DNA from: Amoebophrya sp. A120
Taxonomy: Eukaryota > Protista > Dinoflagellata
Length of the DNA: 64,000 nt
NCBI GenBank assembly: GCA_905178155.1
Contig: CAJINV010000003.1
Location: 4,871,863-4,935,862 of the forward strand
Direction: 5' to 3'
Position numbers and translations under genes: made by a program. Within the stretch, counting starts at the first letter, position 1, and the number at the start of each line of letters is the position of its first letter. The notes under the pieces are model-generated. The model searched no databases, was not told where the DNA came from, and saw only the letters and a list, made by a program, of their open reading frames with translations. Below are positions 12,450 through 25,593 of the stretch, piece by piece.

Positions 12450-13870
12450 TCAGTTCTCTGCCACTGGCGGCGCATCGTAGTATCGCAGAGGTGGCGGCGC
12501 GGGCCACAGGAGTTCGGACAGTAAAAAATCATCGTTTGCAAACCCGCCGACGCAGTAGAACTGCAGAAAATCCTCGAGCGCAAACGCGTCGGGGTTCAGC
12601 GCTGGATCCATCAATTTCGAAATGTCGTCGAGGTGGGGAAAGGCGTCGCTGGCACCTTTGTAGTACTCCGTGTCTTGGTCGCTCGGCGCATTTTTGTGCA
12701 AGTCGATGAATTTTCGGTACCTTTTTTGTCCGTTGTGAAGTTGGAAATCCAGACAATTTCTTTTCCTTACGATAGAGGGTTTCAAGTTTGGAAACGGAAA
12801 AGCGTAATCGTGAATCAAGTGGACAAAGCAAATAAGTACACGCCAAATATTCTCTGCACGGTCGTCGGTTCCCCGGATACGACGGCACCGTTTTTGGTTC
12901 CACCTGCAAAACACTGCCAGTTTTTCGTGTACCGCTGTCCATGGCACTCCGTTATGTACCTGCAGAGTCGAGGTAGGCCTCTAAACACTTTTTCTTCTTT
13001 TTCATGATGCAAGAATGAGCATTCCGTCTCAGACGAGGCCCTCGGTAACACATCAAATAACTCAAATCAACATCACAACCTGAATCTATTATTGGATCTA
13101 ATGAAGCTACTGAGGCTTACATGATTTTCGTGTTGGTGACGCCCGGGTGCAAGTTTTGCAATACGAAGAAGAGCGACTCCGATGGTGCCTCGAGAAAGTG
13201 CACCATGTAGGGTCCGACGACGTACAGCAACCCCGTTATCAAGAGATCCTCCACACTGAAGTTCGTCACCTCTGCCAATATCGCCTGCAAAAGGAGAAAC
13301 GATTTTTCATTTTCAACGTAAAAAACTAAAAGCATACATAACTCCGCTGAGGGAGTCTTGAACCAATCGGCGCTAGACGTTTTTTATTCTGTGAGCATGA
13401 ACGGCAAATTAATATCGAAATGTCAGTTACAAATCATATCGAAGAACGAATACTTACCGTAGCAGCTGGATTTGCGCCATGCTTGTTGAAATTTGTTATC
13501 TTTGCTCGGAAATCTTCCTCTACATCCTGCAACTTGACGCCCTCTTGTACCTGCGTGTGGTCGTCGAAGAGGAAATTATAATTATCGAGCGCAAAAATTG
13601 ACATGCAGACGTGCGTCCCTGAGTTTTCTTATGCGAATGCGTCTACTTAACCGATCGATATGCTAGATAATGCTATGTCTGTGTAACTAGGGGACAAGTG
13701 CAAGTGAACTTTACCTGAGAAACCACCAGGAGCCGCGAAATGGGCTTTACACCTTTCTTCAGCCTGTCCATGACATCGAGGACGCTGTACCTTTTCTGCT
13801 CTACCGCAAGTTCATCGTAAACACGCTTTGCCGGGGACCCGTCCGGCGATTCTGCCGTTGGCTCCGCCAT
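12450..13870 (-). CDS. Five-exon protein, possibly TEX47/MOT7-like (BLUF-like fold) flagellar protein
   Basis: Four GT-AG introns join MAEPT...VVSQ / VQEG...PAAT / AILAE...ITGLLYVVGPYMVHFLEAPSE...KIM / YITEC...IFGV / YRKF...LEDFLQFY...SELLWPAPPPLRY. The ITGLL..HFLE and SEL.WP.P.PL.Y motifs recall TEX47/MOT7 (from memory, not searched). Confidence 0.5.
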
Positions 13871-14537
13871 GGTTGCGATACCCGGATGCCGATTCCGTCC
13901 TAGCTGCCCGATAGGTTGGTCCCGCGTTACGATTAGCGTTTGCCTGTCCCGGTACTATGAGACTCCCCCCGCTTTTGCCAGACGATAAGTTCCTTGTGCG
14001 AAGCTGCGAAGAAAACTGTTTGGGGAAAATGCTGTAAACTTTCACAAGGACTTCGCACACGTGCTTCGCTATCGCTGCCTCGGTTGGCTAGGTTGCGGAC
14101 ATTCTTTGATAGATTGTACTTGTAGTCTTCTTTCACAAGCTACACTGTAATCAATTGCTCTTCTAGTCAGTGCTTTCTGCGAGAAAAACGAAATCCAGAC
14201 GGGACTCATTCACATACATCATCGATCGAAAGGCAAAGACAACACACGAAGGGAAACGAAACAAATTGACAAGACTCAAAGCTGAAAATCGACATAGTAC
14301 GACCCGCTCTTCTTACGTTTATTACGATCCGGAACGAAGATCTTGCTCGCTCTACGATCTCTCGAGTCACTCCGACGATGTGATTGCGGTCCCGGGATTG
14401 AACATAATTTTGTATACTATTCGGTGTGGTGGAAATCGACGGGTAAAGCCGCTAAACAAATGTCTCGCCGAGCGGACGCGGAGAATACTTGATTACTACA
14501 ACATGATTTGGGAACTGTTTTCGGATTTTTGGCTCGC

Positions 14538-16736
14538 TTAATTTTTCTCCTGGCTCTTGCGGGGAATGCGGCGCATCACTACCAGAAGCCGTCCTAGTCC
14601 TCCCGATAAAATCTGAACCGTTGCGGACTCCTTCTTCATGCCTTCCATCGTCGGAATGCGATAATTGCGCTCGTCCAAAACGATTGGGTCCCGCGTGCAG
14701 TTCGTGAACCAATCTACATTTTTCTGTTTTTTGGTTTTCTTATCCTTTTTCCCCGGCAGAGCTTTCTCCCGAATGGATTTCAAGGAATCGACGACAGTTT
14801 CGGCTTCTACGACTGCAGGCTCTACTTCTCGGTCACCGACACCAGCAGTCGCACTCTTTGCCGCAACGAGGCCCTGGAGATCGATGGGCAAGAGAAACAC
14901 CAGCTTCCCATCGTCCACAAGACTGGTTTTGGCAAAGGAAAGAAGGTCCTGCAAAATTTCGTCCTCCTCGTAGATATCCTTGCGCGGTATGTAGTTAGAC
15001 CGGTCGTAGATCCGCGGGTCGTCACCGCCTTCCGCGGTTTGGTTCAGCTGCACTTTCCGCGACGCGGCTCGGATCCCGTAGGGCGGGTCGGTCACGATCG
15101 CGTCCAGCCAGCCGCACGAACGCGTGCGCCACGGCTTGCGCGCGTTATCGGTGACGACGATCTCGGGGCGCTTCAGGTGGTACTGGTAGAAATTCATGAA
15201 CACGTCCTTCATTGGTTGCAGCTTCGATCGTAGCGGCTTCTGCTCATCGTGCTCCTGGTCGCGACTCCCTTTCGTAGTTGTTTGTGGTGGAGCACGCGCG
15301 CTGGCAACCGCGGCGGTGGTCACGGCAGGGCTGCGGGTAGAAGTGGTCACCGTGCTAGATGAACCGGCTGCTGTCGCTGGATCGCAAGCGGGCAATGTTG
15401 AGCTATGTTGCTTTTGCTGCTCAGTAGCCGCTCCCGTTCCCGGAACGGCTGGGTTATTCTTAACACAGTGGCCGCGTCGCAACTCAATTTCTTTGCACAT
15501 GGCGACGTTTTTCTGGTAGGCGATGCGCCAGCCCTTCAGAACGCGAATATCGAGATCTGTGCCCATGGTGAGACAACCGAAGTGCGCCATCGGAATGAGA
15601 AGTCCGCCGGTGCCGCAAAAGGGGTCGAGGGCAACGCTCGTTTTGGTCACTTGGCCGCAATTTGCCATCAAGAACGCCAGTTCATTCTCCATGGTCGTGG
15701 GCCCTAAAATGCACCGCCTACCCAGAGCGTACTTCTCGTAGAACGCGAGGGTTTTGTTCTTCTGCGTCTTAGTCAGGGTCGCTTGTGGTGCAGTTCTGAT
15801 GGCTGCATTTGCGGGCGCACGGGAGCTGGAGGAGGAGGAAGAGCCCGCGGCCACACACGAACCGGCTCCGCCGACGAAGGTGCGGCCCGACCCGATGTGC
15901 CGACCGAAGAAAACGCGGCGAAGCGTTTTGTCGAGCTTGTGTGAGTCGTCGACACCATAGTCCTCCAACAGCATGAGCATGCACTCCGGGTCCTCAAGAT
16001 CAATTTTGTGTGGTCGCTTGAAAAAAGGCACAGAATTTCTTGTTTCGACTCGCTGCAACTTCCGGGGAGGCTGCTCGTGATCTTCTGCACCTGGTGCTTG
16101 CAGAGCTTTTGTGCTACTCACTAGCTCTGCCGCCGTTGGCGATGTCACATCACTCTCTGCAGACTTACAGGAGGACAGCACCGGCCCGAATAGAAAATCG
16201 CCCATCTCGATGATTTTTGCCTGTTTGTATTCGTAGCTCAGCGTTTTCCCGAACGCCACACAGCGAAAGCAGAAGGACACATCTGCATTGACGTAATCCT
16301 GGTGGCGCACGCCGGACCGGTCCTGTAAACTTTTCATCACGTCGCTGCTCTCCGTGGTGGCTGTGCCGTGCTTCCCCGTGTCGCCAACCTTGGGAATTTT
16401 TTCGCTTGCTACCTGTTTGACGATGCCATAATCGGCACCTTCTGCCCAGACTTCGACGACAACTTTGATCAGTACCGCTCGAGAGAGCAAAAATTTCACG
16501 ATTTCGTCAACGCGATCAACCGGCAGCCACACGTACACGTAGGGTTCTTCGGTGAGCGCGGAGGGCATTTCGTCCGAACCATTACTATCACCGCACCTGT
16601 AGAGCTGCGCCCGCGAGATGCCGCACATTTCGGCCAAGGCTTCCAGCTCCTGAAACCGCATGTTGTAGTACAGGTTGTGGTGCGCAAACCACACCAGGTA
16701 CCGGCGCCAAGAAGCATCTGCAGACCCGACCATCAT
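14538..16736 (-). CDS. TRM11: tRNA (guanine(10)-N2)-methyltransferase Trm11
   Basis: N-terminal YLVWFAH..RFQELEALA; GPTTMENELAFLMAN; SAM motif LDPFCGTGGLL; GTDLD; DAIVTDPPYGIRA; C-terminal RLLVVMR. Confidence 0.93.
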   Translation of the reverse strand: MMVGSADASWRRYLVWFAHHNLYYNMRFQELEALAEMCGISRAQLYRCGDSNGSDEMPSALTEEPYVYVWLPVDRVDEIVKFLLSRAVLIKVVVEVWAEGADYGIVKQVASEKIPKVGDTGKHGTATTESSDVMKSLQDRSGVRHQDYVNADVSFCFRCVAFGKTLSYEYKQAKIIEMGDFLFGPVLSSCKSAESDVTSPTAAELVSSTKALQAPGAEDHEQPPRKLQRVETRNSVPFFKRPHKIDLEDPECMLMLLEDYGVDDSHKLDKTLRRVFFGRHIGSGRTFVGGAGSCVAAGSSSSSSSRAPANAAIRTAPQATLTKTQKNKTLAFYEKYALGRRCILGPTTMENELAFLMANCGQVTKTSVALDPFCGTGGLLIPMAHFGCLTMGTDLDIRVLKGWRIAYQKNVAMCKEIELRRGHCVKNNPAVPGTGAATEQQKQHSSTLPACDPATAAGSSSTVTTSTRSPAVTTAAVASARAPPQTTTKGSRDQEHDEQKPLRSKLQPMKDVFMNFYQYHLKRPEIVVTDNARKPWRTRSCGWLDAIVTDPPYGIRAASRKVQLNQTAEGGDDPRIYDRSNYIPRKDIYEEDEILQDLLSFAKTSLVDDGKLVFLLPIDLQGLVAAKSATAGVGDREVEPAVVEAETVVDSLKSIREKALPGKKDKKTKKQKNVDWFTNCTRDPIVLDERNYRIPTMEGMKKESATVQILSGGLGRLLVVMRRIPRKSQEKN

Positions 16737-17534
16737 TTTTATGTCGTTCCAGAGTAGAGTCGTGAGGAAAACTAGAAATCTGACAACCACATAAATCTCA
16801 CCATTACTATCGCCTACTAACTTCTATTTTTCCTTTCTGTCGCCTGGGCCTGAGAGGATAACCAAAACAAAAAGAACTGATCGTGACGCACGAAATGTCG
16901 ATAGGGATTTCAGATGACAAGAAAGACCATCACCATTTTTCAATTTGAAGAACCATTGATCCGCAACTGCTGTCTCGATCTGCGGCATTTACGCTGTCAC
17001 TTAGTAGCAAAACGAAAAAATAAAAAATATGATCAGCTGAGCAACGGGACATCGGAATTCTATGATCAGGATCCTTTTGTTTCAAAACGACTGCATCTGG
17101 ATCTGTCTGTGCGGGTCCTCAAAGTCTCGGCTTGCAACCTTTCTTTCAGGTTGATGCAGTCTCGTGACATGTCTAAGATGAAACACGAACAATTTCGGCT
17201 TTCCTTGCCTCGGGAGATTCGACTTCCGCATCACTTATAAAAGGTGATAGATGCTTTTTTCATTTCTTCGAGCCAATCGAGGGTCGTCACGAGAAGACTC
17301 CGCTGTACATTTAGGGATGTGCTCGTCGTTGATCTCAAGCGAATGAAGTACATGCATTTGAGTCCTACGGCTACGTCAAGTCAATCTTAGTACAGTCAAG
17401 TGTGTAACCTGCTTTTGCCATTGATTTCCAACGATTACATGTTGTTGAGAGCTTCGACAGAGGAAGAAAATCTTACCTACGTTTATTGTACGCTACAGCG
17501 GCTGCTGGAACAGACTACTGCAGAAAAAAAGCAT

Positions 17535-19127
17535 TTACCGTGCCCGTGCGCCAAACTGTTCAAACAACGCCATGACATCGCGATTACTTGTGAGTCGCGC
17601 CCAGTCAGCTGCGGTTCGTCCTAGACTGTCGGTCAATTGCAAAAGCCTTTCTGCTTCCTTCGTTCCGCCGGCAGACTCGAGCAACCGGCCGCAAAGGTAT
17701 CGGTGTCCCCACTGTGCGGCCACCATTAAGGCAGTCTGCCCAGTCGATTCCGTCTGCACGAACACGTCTTCCGGCTTCACCTGGCAAAAAATGCAGTCCG
17801 CTAGCCCGGACTCGCCGGGTGCACTGCTGCACTGGTCTTCGACCGGGGACTCTGCACCATAGTCCGTCGACGCAGGATTGGATTTCAGTTTCCACGCGGC
17901 CCGCACCCGCAACGGCGACGCCAGTTTCGCGCGCGTAAGTCGCAGAAATCCAAAAAACACCTTGTTACCGCGCCAAAAGAAACGCAGAATTCGTGCTGGT
18001 CTCCACTTGGACGAAGTGCTTCTTGTCTTTTTCGATGTTGCCCTGCTACTTCCCCGACCAGACACAACCGTTGTTGGGGAACTCGTTTGCGATAGTGCCG
18101 CGCCGCCCGCCTGTTTCGCGGTCGCACTGGCAGTCGCGGACGTCTCCGACTCTTCGTCCGACTCTGGAGGTGGTGTTTCGGTCTTGCTAGCCGCGCGGCT
18201 GTGCTCCTGTTCCCGCGGTTCGGAAACGAAATTTCCTTTGGCGACTAGCTTTTCGTACCGCGAAGACGCATTCGAGGAGGCACAAGAACTGGTATTGGAA
18301 CTCTTGCTCGAAGAGCTGGACGAGGATCCTGGGCGGTTGAAGCACGTTGTGCTGCTGGCAGAAGACGAACAGGAGCGATCGCCGTCCACAATTCGACTCG
18401 GTTTACTCGACTGGTTGGCGCACAGTGTGGTCGGTGTCGAGGTCGAACCGCTGCTGTTGCGCTTGTGAACAACCTCCGGCCCCAACCCGTTATAATTTGT
18501 CGCGTTCAGAAAGGTATGGTCGCTGTGATGGAGGTGCCCAGTCCCCCCGTGGCACAACTTAATCAAGGCAGTTTCGAACGGCCACTGACGCTGGGGCTGG
18601 GACAACAGGTCCGACGGGCAGTCTGGGTGCGCGAGGATAAACTGCACCAGGGCCTTGTTGTTAGTCTGGATCGCCATCATCAGACTGTTTTCTTTCAGGA
18701 TCTTTGTCTGCTGGCTAAAGTTTTTCGGACCGTTGAAAGCCGGGTGCTCCGCAATCAGTTTCGCCAACTCCGTGTGCCGGTGCGCGACCGCTTTCATGAA
18801 GGCGGTCTCGTGCGTGTTGCAGGTGTGGTCATTCAGAAACGTTGGTGCGAGATCAGTAGCGAGCAGCCCACGCAGCACCTCCTGGTTACCGAATTCTGCG
18901 GCGACGATTAGTGCGGTTTCTGCTTCCACAGTCTTGAGCACGCCCTTGCCTCCTCCGGGCTGCGCAAGCGTACTTGCGATGTCCACGTCCTGAGCGCGCG
19001 CGATCTTTTCGAGCGACGGGTGCTTCAAAAACCGGCTCTTGTCTGGGCGGCTTGCTTGGTTACACGCACCCAGCAGATGGACCGGATGAAACGGGGTGCG
19101 TGCGCCGTTTGAGCTTGCTTTTGTCAT
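17535..19127 (-). CDS. Ankyrin-repeat protein with Ser-rich insert
   Basis: ETALIVAAEFGN, ETAFMKAVAHRH, ENSLMMAIQTNN, GQTALMVAAQWGH, GRTAADWA. Confidence 0.85.
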   Translation of the reverse strand: MTKASSNGARTPFHPVHLLGACNQASRPDKSRFLKHPSLEKIARAQDVDIASTLAQPGGGKGVLKTVEAETALIVAAEFGNQEVLRGLLATDLAPTFLNDHTCNTHETAFMKAVAHRHTELAKLIAEHPAFNGPKNFSQQTKILKENSLMMAIQTNNKALVQFILAHPDCPSDLLSQPQRQWPFETALIKLCHGGTGHLHHSDHTFLNATNYNGLGPEVVHKRNSSGSTSTPTTLCANQSSKPSRIVDGDRSCSSSASSTTCFNRPGSSSSSSSKSSNTSSCASSNASSRYEKLVAKGNFVSEPREQEHSRAASKTETPPPESDEESETSATASATAKQAGGAALSQTSSPTTVVSGRGSSRATSKKTRSTSSKWRPARILRFFWRGNKVFFGFLRLTRAKLASPLRVRAAWKLKSNPASTDYGAESPVEDQCSSAPGESGLADCIFCQVKPEDVFVQTESTGQTALMVAAQWGHRYLCGRLLESAGGTKEAERLLQLTDSLGRTAADWARLTSNRDVMALFEQFGARAR

Positions 19128-19413
19128 GATGATCGTCCTGAGCAGCTGCCCCTCGGAAAAAAAACCCTGAATAGCCGCTCTCCCCGATTCTACAGGTAGT
19201 CATGGCCAGTTGCAAGCGGGAAATCGAAGACGGCAGTGCACATCGGGCTCAATCGACGCCGAAGCACCGCCACTGCCACACAAAGTCGACCCAAATGCAT
19301 TATGACGTACGATTATCGATTACGAGCGCGATCTAAAGATTCGAAGACGACAGTGACACTCCCTCCCGCTGGTAGCCGACACACCTCTCGAAAAAAACAC
19401 CAATTGGCCAGGC

Positions 19414-20373
19414 TCAAGGATGTGCATCTTCCGCATCATCGACCTCTTCTACATTACGCGCTGCATCGCACACACGGAAGCGATGAAGGAGCTTCCCTTC
19501 GTGAGATTCACCACCCTTCCAGCGGTGCAGCCAGTCGTAAAAAGCCAACGCACAAAGCTTGTAGCACACGAGATAGGGCTCGCAAAATTGTGCAACCTGC
19601 GCGGGGGACAACATGTTGCGCTTGGCAGCCGCTGCGGCCTTTTCCTCCGCCTCTGTGCGCCACTTCACGACCCACTGAAGAATGCTTTCGTTCTCTGCAG
19701 CAGCTTCGGGCTGGTTTCCGTCGCGTCTCAGGGGGAGCTCCACCACGATCCACCCGTCGATATACTCGTCCCAAACTTTTTCAAGCTCGGTCAACACAGG
19801 ACCCGGGCCTTCCAGGAAGTATGTCCAGCTCTCGAGATCGACATCCTGCTTTCGCTCTTTACCAGGAGATCGGAATCCGACGCACCATCCATCGAGAAGC
19901 ACGACTCGGACTTGCGACAAGTCGCGCCTGTCTGATCCACCCGACACGCGATCGCCGAAGCCTGCATTCAAGGTCTTATCAAAGCGGGGAAGTTCGACAA
20001 CTTTGGACGCGCTTTCCTGTCCAGTTTCTGTGTCAGCAAGAGCATGCACGGTGCCAGCCCGGCCACATCGTCGTATCTTAGCCAGCACGTCGCGGAGCAG
20101 GCCGACGTCGTGCGTTCCAGGAAGTCCGCGATTCCTCCAAAGCGGATTGCGCGTAGCGAGTTGTCGCAGGTCACCTGCTGGTAGGTAGAAATCATCGAGC
20201 GAAAGGGTGAGGAGCGTCTCTCGTCCGAAATGCTTCTCCAGACGCTGAACCAAAAATGTCTTCCCGAAACCCTGCGGTGCCTGGAGGCCCAGGACGTGCG
20301 GGCTGGTAGGCCGCACCTCGAGCAACGCAGTGATTTCGCGTGCAACATGTGTAAAGAGTTGATCCCGATCCAT
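19414..20373 (-). CDS. P-loop kinase, D-glycerate 3-kinase (GLYK)/Tda10 family
   Basis: Walker A APQGFGKT; LSLDDFYL; RGLPGTHD; LPRFDKTLNAGFGDR; LLDGWCVGF; WRTEAE. Confidence 0.85.
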   Translation of the reverse strand: MDRDQLFTHVAREITALLEVRPTSPHVLGLQAPQGFGKTFLVQRLEKHFGRETLLTLSLDDFYLPAGDLRQLATRNPLWRNRGLPGTHDVGLLRDVLAKIRRCGRAGTVHALADTETGQESASKVVELPRFDKTLNAGFGDRVSGGSDRRDLSQVRVVLLDGWCVGFRSPGKERKQDVDLESWTYFLEGPGPVLTELEKVWDEYIDGWIVVELPLRRDGNQPEAAAENESILQWVVKWRTEAEEKAAAAAKRNMLSPAQVAQFCEPYLVCYKLCALAFYDWLHRWKGGESHEGKLLHRFRVCDAARNVEEVDDAEDAHP

Positions 20374-21281
20374 TTTGCTCGGTTTCGACTCAGCCCCCGT
20401 GACGGGTCACGAAACTCAGATAGGCAAAAATGTGTATCGACTCAGCAGGACCAGGAAATGTACATGACAGTAGATTCTCGCTCTACATCACACAGCACGA
20501 AAATGATTGAATTCCGATTCAAAGCGAGCATGTTATTTACGAACAATGAGCCCGGTGACCAAGACGAGTACGACCAGTTTGTGATTCAGTTTTCCTGTCG
20601 GAACGTCAACTTTGGAGGATCACACAAAAAGATGAACTACCAAATGGGGACTTCCAATTAGTGTACCACAAGTTTCCCGCGTTATCTTGCACAAAATGGA
20701 GCAAGGAACGTAGTTTGCAAGTGGGAATCCGACAAAATCTCAGGACGTACAGTATGACGGACCGTGTAAGCGCGACGTGACCCTCGTAGTTCAGGTTGTC
20801 CAGAAAAGGATGGCCGGATACAGCGTGGACTGTACAAACAAGGATGCTGTCCGCACGGATACTTTGGAGCGTGGCACTCAAATCCCACGCACCAAATGGG
20901 TCCTGCAGGCTTAGTATACCGCACGTTTCCCGCGCTCACCTGGTACGCGTAACGCAGGGACGTAGTTTTCGTGCGGAAAGCTGGTTTGCATAAAAGAGGT
21001 GCTCAATATCGATGCGATAATCCATCTAAAGACCGAATCATAAGCATCGCTGCGTTTTTCGAAGCGAAACAACCGACTTCATGAGCCAATTCTATGACAG
21101 ACGCTTTGCCGAACACTGTTTGACACTCTCTGTGCAACACAAACGCACTCGCATTGCGAGGACCACAGCAAGACTCGTTTTTTTTTGTTGTTGTGGCGCT
21201 ACTCCAAAGTTACATTAGAAAAGTCCATGTCTTGAGAGTTGTTGTCACGCGTCGTAAGCTGCAGTGGTCTTAACCGTTTGC

Positions 21282-21796
21282 TTACTCTCCCTTGATGGCA
21301 CGAGTGTAGATCATCAAGGCGTGGTGCTGGTCACCGACCGGAGTGATCAATCCCTCTCCCTCCAAGTGGCGGATGGCCTGTTTTTTGTGCATTTTATGAG
21401 CAATAACGATCAAATGGTTTTCTGCAAATACATCTGAGCCGAAATGCACATCATCGCAACCCCGAAAACTAAAGCAAGCGTACAGTAAGAATCCATGAGC
21501 AAAAACCGCAGCGGAAGCAAGCAAAGTATATGTCCAATAATCAAATTTTAGCATTTTACCTGGCGAGCCAAAGATCCATTGATCTTGCAACGCTCGGACA
21601 CAACAGCCTGGGTGATGAGCTTGGTCTTGGGGATTTCCTTCATCATCTTGTCGTAAGTCGGCTTGTCGAAGAGGACGGCGTTCATGGCCTTCTCCTTGAC
21701 CTTACCCTTGCTCCACTTCTTCTTGCGGCCCTTACCACCGGAAAGGGCAGCTTTGAGCTTCTGTTCCTTGGTTTTCTGTTGCACCTTCGGCGGCAT
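21282..21796 (-). CDS. RPS25: 40S ribosomal protein S25 (eS25), 110 aa, two exons
   Basis: MPPK...[23 protein letters not shown]...[18 protein letters not shown]|AIRHLE..G.I......IYTRA. GT-AG intron 21378-21559. Confidence 0.97.
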
Positions 21797-22506
21797 CTTG
21801 ACTTTTTTTTGTAACTTCTATGGAGAGGAGCAATAAGCCTACACTTCCTCGTGGGTCCCTGTGGTGATGAAAAGAAATTGCACGGGTTAAGAGAAATTTT
21901 CTACGGATTTAGGTGCGGATAGGAGCCAGATTTTCCTTTCTGGATTGTCAAATTTCGAACTGTAGGATCCTTTTTCCAGCACATGCGTCACTCTGATCGA
22001 GTCTTTTGAGGCGATCTAGACCTTGTTGCATTCATCTTATTATTTGGGGGATCACGTCATTCTCTCACAAATCATATCATTCGTGAACTTACAGATATTG
22101 ATCAGGCAGCACGACCGATTGATTAGTATTTCCTTTTCCGTTTTGGTTTTCATTTCCAACGAATTCAGCTGCATTTCAAGTTTCTTTTGTCATGGATCAC
22201 ATGCTTCAAATGCCATGATACGGTTTCCAATTGCAAACCACCGTACAGATCGCCAGTAAACAGATGGTTTAGATCATTTAGGTTTCGAACTAGAGCTGCA
22301 GATTTCTGATTTTCCAGTGCGATCGCAAAGCTGAACATTTTTAGGCGGCTTAGTCAATCTTTGCTTTCGCTTGGGCGTGCTTGCGCGGAGACATGTGGAT
22401 CAGGCACATGTGCCTTTAGTATATTGTTCCTTTTGCACGCTTGTGGTGCTTTAGTCGAAACTTGGGAGATTTCCGCCTGCGAACATTCAACTTTAGTTCA
22501 AGTGCA

Positions 22507-25255
22507 CTAATTGCTGATACGCAACCGCAAGGTGAGAGTGTCTCCCTTCTTCTTGGCTTTTCGAACCGCCAGACACTTCCCCGTCGCGTGTGTTGACACG
22601 GACAGGTACCGGCTCCAGGTTTTTGTGAAGTTTAACTTGGCTTCAACGCTTTCATCGGCGGCGAGATCCCATTCCACGTCACCGCGGAAGTGGAGTTCGA
22701 CCTCCGCAATGCCGCTCTTCGGCTCCGTGCAGGAACACGTGCAAGCGACGTCGCCGAGACCGCACTCTTGCGGCAACATCACTTCTTTCTGCTCGCCGTC
22801 GATGGTTTTCGTGATCGGAAACAGGAGTTCCTGCTTCACAATCCGCGATTTTGCAAGCTCGGCCGTCTTTCCCGCTTCCAAGACCTTGGCCGACGTTGCA
22901 GGACTCAATTTCGTGATCATGCTGACAGACGCAACGGCCTCAGGCTCGGACTTCTCTGTTGTGGTGCGATTCAATGCTGGCGCAGTCTTGGGCTTTGCTT
23001 GTTTTTCTTTCGCTGAATCTTCTGGAACAGTGCTTTTCGTTTTGTCTGCCGTACTCGGAAGAACGGTAACCACCTTCTGCTGTTCTTTGTTCTGCTTCGG
23101 CTCTTCGACTGTCGAAGAGACGACGGTTATCAGCGGTTGCTCGCTTGCGGACTCATCTGCACTTTTGCCTACTTCCGTGCTTGCCTCTTTCTTCCGTTTA
23201 GCCGCCAAGCGCTTCCGCTGCCCCTTGGAGAGTCCCCCGGAGCCGGACTCCTCGGTAGTCTCAACGGTGACAGCCTCATTTTTTTCATTTTTCGACTCTG
23301 GAGCAGACGTGGCCTTTTCAGGCGCAGCTACGCCAGACTTTTTTGTCTGCAGCTCCTGCTTGCAGACATCTGCGACACTTTCCACAGGCGGTGCTGTGGC
23401 GTTCTTTTTCTTTTTTTTCTTGTTTCCCGCCTTGGACACTTCAGCCGCAGCATGGGATGAAGCTTCGGAAGTACTGCCTGCTGTCGATGTCGTTTGCTTA
23501 GCTTCCGACACTACATCTGGTTCTTCCTGCATCGGTTTCGCCGGCACGGTGTCCCCTGTATTTCCATCGGATTTGGAATCACCGACGGCCACCTCGTTCA
23601 TTGCGACATTTGATTCCCTGACGACCGTCTGTGCGGAAGCAACACCCTTCTTCTTTTTCTTTTTGCTCTTCGACGAGGCTGCGGATGCACTCGACGTCTT
23701 GTCCGCAGGAGAAGCTGGAGCTTCGTCAGGATTCGTGGCTTGTGACAACATCTTTTCGGATTTTTCCGGCGCTTTCGGCGGCGGTGATGCAGTTATCGTG
23801 GTGGTTGCAGCAGGAAAGTGCACCGTCGACGGTGAGGCAAGACCCGGTAGGTGTGCCATGTTATCCACGTCCTTCCCACAGAGCACATGCTCGTCGACGA
23901 GTTTATACACCTTTTGCAGGTCCGCCAAGCTTGTGATAGTGCTGGAAGCCTCGAGTTCCCTGGTCAGTGAGTGTTCTTTTGATCGTCAAAATCCAATCAG
24001 AAAAAACAGGACTAGCGCTGCAATCAAAGTGGGCACGTCGCGTACTACGCCTTAATTCCAGTAGAATGCAAGGGCTTGCGAGACAGCCAGACAGGGAAAC
24101 AATATGAGCAAGCAATGCGTGATCAAGTGCGCCACCGACCCCAACTAAGTTGTAACAAGTGCTTATCACGACCGCAGTCGAAAAGTACCATTTGGCGTCT
24201 GCAGAACTCAGCTCGCGCTTACCCTGCACCATGTAGATGAAGCTGTTGCCACAGTACTGCGCTGACGCCGTGTCCCCCACGAAGGTAGACGCACAGTGAT
24301 ACGGGTTTTCCATCGGCAGTAACAGATACCTTGATCGTAAAACCGTGGAATGCAAGATGGTTTCCCCGATCAAGTCGTTTGCTGCGTCGGCACAGGTGAA
24401 CCCGCACACAAAATTTTTTCGCTGGAGATATTGCAGGTCGGGCAGCCAGGTGTGCAGCAACGGCTGCTTCAGTTGCTTGGCGATTCCGCTCCGGTTCAGC
24501 CGGTTCCCGAAACCACCGTTGAAAACAAACACCAGCGTGTTCTCCGCTGTCAGCTGCTGGCCGCATTGGTCCTTCTTGTACGTGAAGAACTTTTCTGCGA
24601 CGTTGGGCAGTGGAACCTTGAAGAACGGCCGGTCCAGGATCTTCGTCACAAACCTGAACAACCGTTGACATGGATTCGTGTCAGCAGCGCTATTTTGGAA
24701 TTACAGAAAAGAATCAACAACACATATAGGGGGGCTCTCCATTTGCATCGCTAGTGCTACCGCTACACAGCAATTACTTTGCTTGAGTTTTTACTTAGAC
24801 TTTGGCGCGGTGGTGTCTGGTTTCCCTTTCAGTTCCGGCCCCACGAATGACAGGCGCACATTGTATTTGGACACAAGGAGGTCGAAGTAATTCGTTTTCT
24901 CCATCACTTTGGTCTCTGACACCGCTGCACCGAAGACTACGACGTGCTTGTACTCGTTTTCCTTTCCCTGCCCCTTCAACTGCGCAATCACATGGTCCAA
25001 TGTGAACATGATGCTAGCCATAAAGCTCAGCCCGTCCACGATGCTGGCATTCTGGAGCGCCTCCTGCATGATTTTCTCCCCCTGGTCGAGCATGGAAAAA
25101 AGTTTGCGCCACCCCAGCGGCATTTTCTCCGCCGCCGCGGTGCCCTGCTTGCTCCAGGCGACGCGCGGACGGGTGAATTTCTCCACCCGGAGGGTCCCCG
25201 GCGAGGAGAATCCATTGATCTCTTTGCACGCAGCGTCCAACGTTACGGTCGACAT
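22507..25255 (-). CDS. Three-exon protein with MSS51/ZMYND15 C-terminal-like domain and Lys/Ser/Ala-rich tail
   Basis: HVVVFGA..E...RLSFVGPEL...VFNGGFG...W..DL..L....FT.....E.....ENPY...NSF pattern. GT-AG introns at ~24690-24793 and starting at 24222. Confidence 0.55.
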
Positions 25256-25593
25256 CTTGTGTGTGCTCCTGGGCGGAAAATAAGTATTAGTACTTATCTA
25301 ATGCGTCTTTGGACTTCCAGTTGGGCCGACGTGCAATCTTGTTCTTTGTCCGTGAGTGCCCTCTTTCTAGGCGCTTCCTGAAGATCAAGGGAAGATGCTA
25401 GCACATCTGCACACTCTCTGGTAGTTGTGCTCTTCGTTCCACACTCCGCAGATGAACCAATTGATCTTCTTCTGGGGCTCCTGTACTTCCCGAATCAAAA
25501 TCATGCATCAAGGCCACGTACATTCATCATAGAAACACACTGTCGCTGCGACTTTTCAACACTGGCGGGCTCAAGGCCGTGCCATTGGCTACT

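Noticed and set aside
22511-24055. 514-aa plus-strand ORF
   Set aside because: It is the antisense shadow of the Lys/Ser/Ala-rich minus-strand exon, and its poly-Phe runs mirror poly-Lys.
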